Assembly: GCA_951406725.2 (NCBI GenBank)
Contig: OX597815.1
Span: 13,020,001 to 13,084,000 of the forward strand
Length of the DNA stretch: 64,000 nt
Reading direction: 5' to 3'
Origin: Octopus vulgaris
Lineage: Eukaryota
Positions 27,650-40,074 of the stretch are shown in pieces (within the stretch, counting starts at the first letter, position 1; each line of letters begins with the position of its first letter). The notes under the pieces are model-generated. The model made no database searches. It had not been told where the DNA came from and saw nothing but the letters and a program-made list of their open reading frames with translations. A program made the position numbers and the translations under genes.

Positions 27650-28600
27650 TCCCTCAAATTCCAGCAGGCCTTAACCGGGCAGTGATAGCCTTTGTATATT
27701 ATCGATCCCGAGGAAATTTAACTGGCCAGGAAATGCTGTTAGGCGTCTCTCTCAAACACACGCTAATTAAATATTCTGCTTCTTTTGTCTACATGAATAA
27801 TTATTCTGTGAATGCTTGATTGTGGTCCACATTATCATCTTAATATGCAAAAACAGTTGCAGAAATAAAAGTAGTGGTAGACGAATAGTAGAACAACGCT
27901 TAAAAATTATATACTGTGGTACGTTTCATCGGGTTGATGCCAAAGACGTGAACGGCGTGTCATGGTTGTTGATATACCGACACGCCTTCAGGATCTTTAG
28001 AGAATTTCTTGAGAGATAAGTAGAAGGGTTTTCTGTTTGGACGCAAGGTTTTTCTGAAGCTAGTCTTCTTGTTGCAGCAGAGCATCCACGTAAAAGTAAG
28101 AGGTGTCGAGACGAAGACACCGAACCTGACATCTGGAATATGAGCTACTCGTTATCATCTAGAGTTTGGACTAAACGATAGACAAATGCTACATGTTATC
28201 AACATAGAGAGGGAGGAAAGAGCGACAATGTCTTCAGGAAGACACCGGATCTGGTATGTTCCAGAATTATTTCCTGTCAGGGAAACGGAGTGTATCTTCC
28301 AGAAATACTTAGCCTACCAGTACTACTAGTTTGAAAGAGATTTTAGATACAGAGGAATGAGTTGAAGCAATTCTACGCGCACACTTCCAGCATTCGGGTT
28401 TACTAGCTCGCGGAACATCTATTACTGTATGTAGGGGAGATCCAGCTATCGACCTCGAAACTTGATTAGCCATCCTCTTTATATCAGGCAGGCGAGTTAG
28501 ATTTCTTGCGCCTGGTAGCTATTTCGATAGAGATTGTTTTGTAGAAAATGCTGAAAGAACTACAAACGGACATTTTACTCCTTGGTGAATCTCAATTTAA
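27650..28600 (+). pseudogene. Possible very old L1/Tx1-like endonuclease relic
   Basis: Scattered remnants (DVNG...AFR); weak. Confidence 0.3.
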
Positions 28601-28999
28601 CCTTATAACTTTTGAGTTGAAAAGGAAAATGAGAGTGCAGAGAGCATTTCCTTTTGTTATTTTCTCAAAAGGATAGCGTAGCGAGTAGCAGAAATAGACG
28701 AGGCATATTGATCAGAGAACAACAGCTGAGAGATGATATGAGCACAGCAGTGTTTGGTTTCTTCGTTCCTTTCATTTGTCGTAGCCGGAGATTTCCTCTA
28801 TCAAAAAAAAAAAAAACAAAAAAAAATCCCTGTGTTCAAAGCCATTCTAATAAAATTTCATTTCAGTTCCTTTATTTTCACAGACTCTTTTTTTTTATAA
28901 AGTTTATCCGTTTTTTTCTAAAATGTAAACTTTTCTATAGGCAATTCACTTTGCCATGTTTTCTTCAATATAAATAATTTGGGACAAATAAAATCAAAT

Positions 29000-29986
29000 C
29001 CCATCACCATCATCATCATCATCATACCCCTCCTCTTCCTCCTCCTCCTCATCATCATCATCATCATCACCGTCATGATCACCGTCATCATCGTCATCAT
29101 CACCGTTATCATCATCGTCATCATCATCATCGTCATCATCATCGTCATCATCGTCATGATCACCGTCATCATCGTCATCATCACCGTCATCGTCATTATC
29201 GTCATCATCAGCATCATCATCGTCATCATCGTCATCATCACCGTCATCATCATCATCATCACCATCATCATCACCGTCACCATCATCATCACCATCGCCA
29301 TCATCATCACCATCATCACCATCATCAACATCATCACCATCATCATCACCACCACCACCAATCACCATCACCATCGCCATCATCATCACCACCACCACCA
29401 TCACCATCATCATCACCATCACCATCATCTTCAACATCATCACCATCATCATCACCACCACCACCACCAACACCACCATCAACATCAACATCAACATCAT
29501 CATCATCGTCATCATCACCGTCATCATCGTCATCATCATCATCACCATCACCATCATCTTCAACATCATCACCATCATCATCACCATCATCATCATCATC
29601 ACCATCATCACCATCATCAACATCATCACCATCATCATCACCACCACCACCATCACCATCGCCATCATCATCACCACCACCACCATCACCATCATCATCA
29701 CCATCACCATCATCATCACCATCACCATCATCTTCAACATCATCACCATCATCATCACCACCACCACCACCAACACCACCATCAACATCAACATCAACAT
29801 CATCATCATCATCATCGTCATCATCACCGTCATCATCATCATCATCATCATCATCATCACCATCATCTTCAACATCATCACCATCATCATCACCACCACC
29901 ACCACCAACACCACCATCACCATCATCATCAACATCATCACCATCATCACCACCACCACCACCGCTACCATCAACATCAACGTCAA

Positions 29987-30045
<59 letters not shown>

Positions 30046-30116
30046 ACAACAACAGCAGCAGCTGCGTCATCGCAACCACATTGCATACGGTTACCACTAT
30101 CATCATCATCATCATC
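29000..30116. repeat. (CAT/CAC/CGT)n array with higher-order repeats
   Basis: Marker TCTTCAACAT recurs near 29428, 29557, 29731 and 29866. Confidence 0.95.
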
Positions 30117-30399
30117 CACTTCATTGTTACCGTTATTATCACCAACATTATATCTTTTGTGTCAGAGCTTCGGAAACATGCCATTTGCATCTCTTGCTTC
30201 ACTTCATGTTCAAATACAAAATAAAAAAAAATAAAAAACCAAGAAACTCCGTGTTTATCTACAGGATTCATTATCTCTGTATCTTTAACACAAAATACCA
30301 GCCAAACGCTTAAAACACTGACACTACGTAATCAAACGACCTTGAACCTAGAACAAAAAAAGGGAATAGTAAAAAAGAAAATATCATAATCATTCATGA

Positions 30400-30610
30400 T
30401 TATACTGATAGAGAGTCGGAAATACTATCTGGTAGTATTTGTTCCGTTTTCCTTTACGCTTTGATGTTTCATATTGCCGAGGTTTAGGTTTCCTTTCATA
30501 CATCCAGAGTCAATAAACAAATAAAGTTTCAGTCTAGTATTGGAGTGTATTCTATCGATTAAGACCATCGGTTCGAAAATTGCTGGCCTCGTGCCAATAT
30601 TTGTTATTAG
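30400..30610 (-). mobile_element. Degenerate SINE family C
   Basis: ATTGCCGAGGTTTAGGTTTCCTTTCATACATCCAGAGTCAATAAA matches the family C body. This motif is read on the + strand, so the strand call is uncertain. Confidence 0.4.
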
Positions 30611-30699
30611 CATGACATGAGGGGCACTTTATTGTTCTTCTTCTTGTTGGTGTATTCATCACCATAAGCAGCGGTTGATGCAGTTCAAGAAGCAGCACT

Positions 30700-31142
30700 A
30701 ATAGCAGAGCAGCAGCAGCAGCAACAGCACCAGCAGCAGCGGCTACTGCAGCAGCAGAAGGCGCGGCGGCAGTAGTAGTTGTTGGTGTTGTTGTTGTTGT
30801 TGTAATAGTAGTAGTGGTGGTGCTGGTGGTGATGGTGGTGGTGATGGTGGTGGTAGTGTTGGTGGTGGTCGTAGTGGAAGTAGTAGTAGAGGGGGTAGTA
30901 GTGGTGGTGGTGGTAGTAGTAGTAGTGGTGGTTGTGGTGGAGGTGGTGGTAGTAGTGGTAGTAGTAGTGCTGGTGGTGGTGGTAGTAGTATTAGTAATAG
31001 TAGTAGTTGTTGTTGTTGTAATAGTAGTGGTGGTGATGATGATGGTGGTGGTGGTGATGGTGGTGGTGGTGATGGTGATGGTGGTGGTGGTGTTGCTGGT
31101 GGTGGTGTCGGTGGTGGCCGTAGTGGTAGTAGTAGTAGAGGG

Positions 31143-31183
<41 letters not shown>

Positions 31184-31209
31184 GGCGGTGGTAGTAGTAG
31201 TAGTAGTGT

Positions 31210-31248
<39 letters not shown>

Positions 31249-31685
31249 CAGCAGCAGCAGCAGTTGTAGTAGTAGTAGTAGTTGAATAAGAAGACAATGT
31301 TTAAATGTATAAATGGCTGGAGATAAATCTGTTACAGTGAATATGCTGAGAATTTAATCAAGTTGATTAAAGCAAACGCATTTACTGGAAAACTTGATTA
31401 CAGGAGCTTATACAGTAAATCCAATTACGAGAAGCTCTAAATAAATGAAAAATAAAATATAGCAGGCAAATTGAATGACAATCATGACAATAGCAGCAGT
31501 ATAACAACAACAACGATAATATTAATAACGGTAAAAACAACAGCCACAACACTAACGATAACAATAACAGTAATAATGATGATGATAATAATAATAATGA
31601 TGATAATAATAATAATGATATAATAATAATAATAATAATAATGATAACAGTAATAATAATAATAATAACAGTAATAATAATAATG

Positions 31686-31737
<52 letters not shown>

Positions 31738-31802
31738 TGATAATAATAATAATAATAATAATAACAGTAATAATAATAATGATAATAATAATAATAATGA
31801 TG

Positions 31803-31857
<55 letters not shown>

Positions 31858-31868
31858 TAATAATAGCA

Positions 31869-31932
<64 letters not shown>

Positions 31933-32088
31933 TAATAATGATGATGATGATGATGATGGTGATGTTGATGATAATGATGATGATGATGTTGATGATGGTG
32001 ATGATGGTGATGATGATGGCGGTGATGATGATGATGATGATGATGACGACGACGATGGTGATGATGGTGATGATGGTGGTGGTGATGG

Positions 32089-32123
<35 letters not shown>

Positions 32124-32201
32124 TTGATGATGACGACGATGATGATGATGATGATGATAGTGATGATGATCATGATGACGACGACGACGATAATGATGAT
32201 A

Positions 32202-32245
<44 letters not shown>

Positions 32246-32285
32246 AAGGATGAGTTTGATGATGATGATGATGATGATGATGGTG
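30700..32285. repeat. (GCA)n, (GTG/GTA)n, (ATA)n and (ATG)n arrays
   Basis: Directly visible. Confidence 0.96.
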
Positions 32286-32904
32286 AAGTGTTGACGTAAT
32301 CATTACTACTAATAATAGGCACAATGGGAAGGAAGTATGAATGTAGCACAAAACAACAAAGAGATGAAAATGAATAAATCAAGCTATTTGGACAATGACG
32401 ATATCACGAATAACAACTGTAACAAGCGTAGCTGCTAGAAGAACAAGATAAACGAGAATACGATAACAGCAAACACAATGTAAATTATAAAATCAACAAA
32501 CGAAAAGGCAAGAAGAACGGTGATAATGATTTCTAGCGTTTTACTTCGATAATAAGAGCAGTAGATTCAGCTGATATGGTATCTGGCTACTGGCCCGTTA
32601 GGTCGATACTTACACTATTCTCGTTGGTGTAACGTCTAATTCACTAAGTTTTGAAGTGACTCGGCTTATGTAGTACTTGAAATGTTACATTCGTACTTGG
32701 TTAGGGATAATTTATGTCTTAACGAATAGCTCTATGGAGAAGGATGGCTTTCCTGCGACAATACCCATGTCCATGTTTCTCGCTATTTTACTCGTATATA
32801 AATGTGGTTTTTGGGGAATATTTGGCGATTATTTTATCAAATCGAGCACCTGCTTAGAGGCTTATTGGATAGTTAGATTTATCAATATTTATTTTGACGA
32901 AAAT

Positions 32905-33120
32905 GTGGTGAGTTGACTAAAACCGTTTGCACGCCTAGCAAAATGCTTAGCGGCATTTCATCCGTCTCTACATTCTGCGTTTGTATTCCGAAAGATTGAT
33001 TTTTGCATTTTATCCTTTCGGGGATCGATAAAATAAGAACCAGTTGAGTACTGGGGTCGATGTAATCGACTTGTTCCTTCACCGCAATTATTGGCCTTGT
33101 GTCAAGATTTGAAACGAATA
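32905..33120 (+). mobile_element. SINE family C, older copy
   Basis: GCACGCC..AAATGCTTAGCGGCATTTC...TATCCTTTCGGGGATCGATAAAAT...CTGGGGTCGATGTAATCGACT. Confidence 0.8.
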
Positions 33121-34719
33121 TTTATGTTGGAATGTTTTTTTTCATCCGAGGGAAATTAGAAAGTCAAAAAGAGAGATTTTTACAGAAAGAAGGTGATAGA
33201 CATAAAGAGAAGCAATGTAGTGTGTGTGTGTTAATAATATTCCAGGCTGGAAAAACGTTTTGCGGCCTAACCTTATGAGAGAAAGCTAGTGGGAAGAAAA
33301 ACAAACAAAATGCAAAGCAGAGAGGAAAAAAAACATCTATGAGGATTTCATTTAAGCCCCTAACCTGACATCGAAGCAAAAGCTTCTAAATAACGAATGA
33401 GAAACGCTCTGAATATGCAGTGATATACATATACGAAAAGGAATAGTAAAAGATGCCAAATCGATTCTTTCTTAGCAACAACATTACAAAAATTACTGAC
33501 GTGAAAATACCATTTTTTTAAAATTCCAATTTTTTAAAAACATCATAGATCATTTTGACATCATATCATATAATTCGATGATATATTTGATGACGTCCCT
33601 TAGTTAAGAGGCCTACAAAAGATAACAACTGGATTCACTGTTACAATTTACAGTTGTATGTCTAATTCCATTGTAGTCGCATAAATCGTAAAAATCCCGT
33701 ACTTGTGAATACTGATAGTAAGAGAAATCGGAAATGATATCATAGATATATGGTTTTCGTAAATAATTATGCATAATTATATTCAATAGAATAAACCATG
33801 CATTTTGTGCGTAATTGCCGAAAGACAAGTTTTCGTGACGATGGTCTTTTGACGTCTTTAAATAAGTTATACTAATTAATGCAATGTTATAATTGATATT
33901 CAGTACCTGATCAAAGTTGATACATGGAGTATATAATCAAAGCACATGCAGTCTTGGCAATGCTGTCCTTTGGTATTTCAGGGATCCCTTTTAACTTGGT
34001 ATTATTATTTTTTATTTACAACCACGGAGAATGACACGAGGAAATATTGCTGTTACATCTGCCAGCTGAGAGCTTAAATGCTAACTAGTTGAGAGCTTTG
34101 ATGCTAACGAGTTGTCTCGTGATGATATTGATATTATTGATAATCGAATGAATCATTACAAATACACACCATAACTAATATTGCAGAGTAGTATATTGAC
34201 TATAACTCATCGCATCAAACTATTGATGCATGCCGCTGTAGAATAAACGGAAAAAGAAACTTTCAAAAGAAAGTCTTGAATCGTGAGAGAAGAGATCACG
34301 TATCTGAATGAAATGGATATATTTTCAGAGATATATATAACGGCCCCTAAAAGCTATACCAGCATAATGGAAATGGAATCAGATATAAGGGCCAGAGTAA
34401 TTAATGCTGAAATCATAAAGGCAAACGTATAATACAATAATGAAATGTTGTTACCATCTCTAATGCAGTATGTCGCCCACACACTTAATCGATTTTCGTC
34501 CTCATCGAAGTTGTTTGATTAGCATGAGCTTCCTGTATTGCATATAGATGTGAAATAGTATAGTGCGTCAGTGTTGTTCTTTTTGTTGTTGTTGCGTTTC
34601 TTGAAGTTGACGGTGATAAAGACGAGCGTCGACGACGACGACTACGTGAGCGGATACGACGACGTGGGCGGTCACGGCGACGACTACGACGACGTTGATG
34701 ATGATACAGCCTAATGGTC

Positions 34720-35215
34720 CTCGTTCATTTGTCAATATGCACAAGTCCCGCTTGAAATAGCTAACTATTGTGGTATTAGTTCTCAGAGAAAGATCGTCTC
34801 CCGGTACTTCGTAACAGGTTGTGTTTCGAGTCATTACTGTGGAAGATAGAAGTTTTCAGAGCTATACTTTTCGAGTTGGGTTGCGGGGAAGCTGAGGTCA
34901 CTGTAATGGTGTTAGACAAAACAGAAATAGAGACGATAGGCAAACTTTTAAAGAAATACGCGGCATTTGTCGTTGCAAAGATAAATCAGGACAAATTGTT
35001 GGGTCTGAAATGTGGCAAATAGAAATTCGAGTCTCTAAATTCAAACAGCGTCGCAGATCGCTGGTTAGGCGGTTATGAATTGCTCAATGCGTGTTTCGAG
35101 CTAAACTTCCAGAGAGACATGCTGAATGTTGGAAATAGTGCCCGCCTCATACAGAAACGGGATGAAATAAAGGTAGCTCTGAAAGGTTGAGTCTGGAAAT
35201 GCTAACATCATCCCC
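34720..35215 (+). pseudogene. Decayed L1/Tx1-like reverse-transcriptase fragment
   Basis: FESLLWKIE...EAEVTVMV...IGKLLKKY...AKINQDKLLGL matches the LEPLL...YADDVTV...GAKIN..KS.GL pattern. Confidence 0.6.
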
Positions 35216-37494
35216 ATATTAATATGTCATTTAATATTCATATCTTTACCTAGTACTCGTATCTCCAGATAGGTGCGGTATATCTTCCGTTTCCTGTGGA
35301 ATTCACGTGTTCCACTGAACAAATGTTAGATCCGTTGTCCATGCTCAGTAGAAAGCGGCTTAGCATGAATAAGGCCATTGATGCGCATTTATGGCCCAAG
35401 GCTGAGTGATCTGCAGAGTTTCCAGGTGGACACTCAGCGCGTCTGGTCTTCACTTGTAAAACATCCTTTATTCGCAATAATGATATCACTCCAATAATAA
35501 TTTATATGGTTTACTTTCTCAATTGAATAATGTTACAAAAGGTGACAACCAAATCAAAATATAGTGACTAATACTTTACACAATATACGGCATAGAATGA
35601 CAACATTTACCGAGAATACAGAGACCTATGGGAAGAATAGAACTAGAAATAATTTTCTAAGGTATCGGCTAAGTGGAGAAATCTACAAAACATCTACGAA
35701 AGAAAAAGATGTATTCTACCAAGGAGAATTACAAATTCACAGATTGAGTGTAATGACATGCTTGCACACTACAGTAGCGAAGTAAAGCCTACAGAGGCGC
35801 TGGCACATTCTTTATGAGCATAATGCAAACGAATATAAGCAATTGTCTCTAAGAAACATGGTACTCAAACTCAATGAGAAATTCTTCATTGTACCATAGG
35901 GACCGAAGTCACTCTTCCTGAAACACGAGATGCATCGAATGAAGAAGCATATTTTACATTATTGTAGATACCAATGATTCTGGGAAAGAAAAATTAAGCA
36001 CAATTTTTCAAACATAACCAGGAAACAAACCATCTTAAGGCATGACAATTCTAGGGCTCTCATACACTGGTAATTATGTCAGTATTATGTAATACTACGT
36101 GAAAATATTTGGTATAAATATAAATATAAAATTAAATATTTGGTGTAAATATAAAGGAAAAACGGTTCTACGAAAATGACGTAGCGATCATAGACCTGCT
36201 TTAGCAATCATCACAGATTGTTCAAGGATAATCTGTTAGATAGTGTCGTCGAAGGTAATCACAAATGCAACTGCTTCGTAACTGAAATATTACTTCCAGC
36301 GAGTGATAATGTCCTTCGAACAGAGATAATCAAGCCGTCGAAGATGAAAAAAAAAGAGACAATCTCAATGATAATAAATGCTTTCGGAAATGTCTACTGA
36401 AAGACTTACTATCACATGTCAAAAATCCCATGAGATTACAAACACAGAATACAGCAAGCTTGCAGTTCTCACATAACGTCGCTTAGATAATAAGTGAAAC
36501 TATACTACGATGATGATGACGATGATGATGATGATGATGATGATGACGATGACGATGATGATGATGATGATGATTTCACTGACGTAATGATTTTTCTTAT
36601 CACGCGCGGTGTTCTAAGCTCGAGGAAAGATTTCACAACAAAATCAGCAAAAGAAATTTACTAAAATGTTGACAACGTGTAAGCGCTGGCGAAAGAAACG
36701 GAAATGATTGTCACGTAAAAAATAATATCGCAATAAGAAGGTTTTAGTGTTGAAAACACTACTTCAAAGCTCAACATGTTCTGTTTTGAATACACTACAA
36801 AACTTGATTAACTGAAATATGCTTTAGAATATTCCCAAGAGCTTCCTCCACACAATTAAAGCCAGTGTTGTTGAGAATTATAATGTTAATATTATTACAC
36901 GGCCCTTATTTGCTCCATATTCAATCATAATTAACATTATTTCTGCCTAAACTACTGAGAAATGAAGCAGTGAATAGTACCTGGAAGACCTTTAATCTGT
37001 TAAATATGCAAGTTGTATTAATTAAAAATGTATGCATATTCTGTACATACTAATTAATAAATGAATGCGACTGTAAAGTTATAATAATAAAACAATTCTT
37101 TGTTTTTCAGATAAATGACTCAACCATGCGGATAAAGATTTTTGGAAAAGACCCCACTGGCTCGTGCCAAATGAAACTAGTAACATAAAGTAGTTCAGCA
37201 GATATGCACCATAGTATTATATATAAAGATTATGAGATATATATTCTAAATTGATTCACTTTTGTAACCATCAGTGAAACGACTTACCAAATCTGGAGAA
37301 TCATTATCGAATTGTTGTAAATTATCAGCAGTACAGGAAAGCAGTTCATTACAAAAATAACCCCTCAAATTTTGTGTGTTACAGAAATAACACAATAGCA
37401 AAACTTGCAGGCAGAAGCGTTAAAAACAGAAATTGTAACGAGTTCTAATACTATCTCACCTAAGGAAGAATTTCAACAATGACAGATATACATA

Positions 37495-37539
<45 letters not shown>

Positions 37540-37720
37540 AGAGAGAGAGAGAGAGAAGAGAGAAAGAGAGCGGGAGAGACGGAGAATTCACAAAACAAGA
37601 AAAAACAAAGACAGGTAGTGAGGACTACAAACAGATGTATTAGTTTAACGCTCGGGAAGTGAAAATGTCTTTAATGCTTCGAAACTACGCTCTTCCATAT
37701 ATATATATAATTATATATAA

Positions 37721-37842
37721 GACGGGCTTCTTTCAGTTTCAGTCTACCAAATCCACTCAGAACGCTCTGGTCGGTGCGAGGTCATAGTAGAAGACACGCA
37801 GTGGGACTGAACCCGGGACCATGTGGTTGGTAAGCAAGCTAC
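37721..37842 (-). mobile_element. SINE family A head fragment
   Basis: GACGGGCTTCTTTCAGTTTC...GTGGGACTGAACCCGGGACCATGTGG. Confidence 0.85.
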
Positions 37843-38059
37843 TTTATTTCATTATATTTGCCATAAAGGCAGTACATAGAGTACACTAGCTTTGCGGGCT
37901 AGACAAGGACATTGATGAAATGAATGATAACGAAACAAGGATGATAAGGATGGGAAAATCCAAAAACCACCAGTCGACTTTTGCTTCTCTAAACCATTGT
38001 CCTTTAGAATCAAACACAAAACGAGGCATTAAACCTCTTACAACTTTTATAATTTTTCA

Positions 38060-39290
38060 ATTTTTGGACTTCATAGTCCATTACATAGTTCACAAAACTC
38101 AATCATTCCCCTGCCCGACCAGGCTGTACGCTACACTTAGGCACTGCTCCAGATCCAGGTCGGGCCCCAGAATGCAAATATGAACATGTCCTTCGAGAAG
38201 GTGCCCATCACCCTGAACATACCTATTTCTTTATTACCCACAAGGGGCTAAACACAGAGGGGACAAACAAGGACAGACATAGGTATTAAGTCGATTACAT
38301 CGATCCCAGTGCGTAACTGGTACTTAATTTATCGACCCCGAAAGGACGAAAGGCAAAGTCGACCTCGGCGGAATTTGAACCCAGGACGTAGCGGCAGACG
38401 AAATACCGCTAAGCATTTCGCCCGGCGTGCTAACGTTTTTGCCAGCTCAGCCTGAACATACCGACATCCGATATGACCTTCGTAGTCACCTACAAAGGCC
38501 AATCCTCGTCATATGTCCAGGGCATGGGCTCCTCCCTCCGGTCATCCAGCTTCTCTACGAAGCTTTGTATTGCCCCTCCCTTCTGGAAGAAGATGACAAA
38601 ATCATCTTTCCTCCTTCTGGGAGGGAGCTCAGTTTCCTATGTCGGTGGCACACTTCCCACCGACAAAGTTTCCGGACATGCCGTCAGTTCACCATCAACC
38701 GCCGGCGATGTCACATTATTTTTCTTTCTCCTTTTTCTCTTCTCCTTTACGATGGGAGGGTGGCGTTACTCCTCCATGTCTGGAAGTCCTTCCTTCCCTC
38801 CCGCCGCCTCAGGATCTATAGGTGAGCCACCATTGTTACTCATCTTTCTTTTTTCCTTTCATTTTTGAGAGGGTTGTTTCCCCCTCGACTTCCTCCTTCT
38901 CTCCCTCCAATGGGGGAGCAGAGGGCTCTTCTTCCATTAACTGCTTCAAGACTTTGCTTGGTTCCAGCAACAGTTTCTCTTTATGAGGCCCAATTACAGG
39001 CACAGGTGACACTTGGGGGTGCGTCCCTCAAGGATCACCGCATACCTGGAACCGGCTATTCTTTAAAAAAAACTGGCAAAACCAGATCATCGGCTGATTG
39101 GATCCATAAGGTCAAAATAGCTTTTGACCCCACCCAATCAGCCGCAGTGAGAATTCTGACATTCAAGAGCCTGGCAGTGCTGCCACCCAGACTCTGATGG
39201 ATTGTGTCTTCTAGCCTTCTAGCCTTTCTCAATAAACTTAATCTCTGGCAGGTACTCCGCCAACTCTTTTTCAATATCAATCTGAGAACA
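38060..39290 (-). pseudogene. Decayed LINE ORF1 (gag-like) with CCHC-type zinc knuckle remnant
   Basis: Minus frame near 38965-39055 reads YAVILEGRTPKCHLCL*LGLIKRNC; locally GC-richer. Confidence 0.6.
38224..38450 (-). mobile_element. SINE family C with 12-bp TSD
   Basis: TSD CCTGAACATACC at 38212-38223 and 38451-38462. Confidence 0.92.
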
Positions 39291-39710
39291 CAGTGATGGT
39301 GTCAAGAACCTTAGAATACGTTCTTATCACCACCGTTCTCTCGGAAAATTTTGTAACCACTGTTTGGCCGGTTGCCATTCTTTGCCACTCCAAAACAGTA
39401 TTTTTGTTGCCATATTGACAAAAATAAATAAAGAGTTAAATGCTCAACACAAAAGTTCAAACATTCAGATTAAAGTCGATCATAAACAAAAAAGAATGGA
39501 AAGACAGAGGAGAGAAAGAGAACGAAGGAAGACAGCTCAAATGGCAACGCACTTCTGCTACTCAGGTAATCCAGTGTTCCGTCGCAGCGCAAAATTTCGA
39601 TTTTGTTTTCTCACAGTTAAGTGACAGACAAAAAATAGTAATTTACTGTCTGTCCCGGTATTCCTGACCGAAAATCGTAATCCACGGGCACAAAAAACGG
39701 TCAGAAATAC

Positions 39711-39846
39711 CATCCTGATAACATCTTTTCTGGTTTTACTCAAGAGGTATGTTAGTTTAAGCGGCATTTTCACTTCGTGATAAATTCTAGAAATACGCAC
39801 AAGCTACGGAAACTTTTCGAATATTATTACAACAACAACAACAACA

Positions 39847-39888
<42 letters not shown>

Positions 39889-39889
39889 G

Positions 39890-39934
<45 letters not shown>

Positions 39935-40074
39935 GTTTCTGTTATTCAGTATTCTATTGTTACCCTGGTATTGAATTCGTAGTAACAAGCTGCCTCGTGC
40001 AAACGTGGTTACATACCTCTTGAGTAAGACCTGAAAAGTCTTACTCAAGGGTGAGAAAGGTTTTACTCAGGATG
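39711..40074. mobile_element. MITE-like element with imperfect TIRs and internal (ACT)n
   Basis: 39732-39752 is a 20/21 reverse complement of 40011-40031; ends CATCCTGA/TCAGGATG. Confidence 0.6.

Noticed and set aside
28979-30313. 444-aa His-rich ORF and overlapping Asp/Gly-rich and Met/Val-rich ORFs
   Set aside because: Pure (CAT/CAC)n microsatellite that is open in several frames on both strands; no unique coding sequence or splice context
30743-32382. Pro/Thr-rich, Val-rich and His/Tyr-rich ORFs
   Set aside because: Translations of triplet arrays
35250-35489. 79-aa minus-strand ORF ending at a GT donor-like site
   Set aside because: No recognisable homology, stop precedes the donor, adjacent to LINE debris
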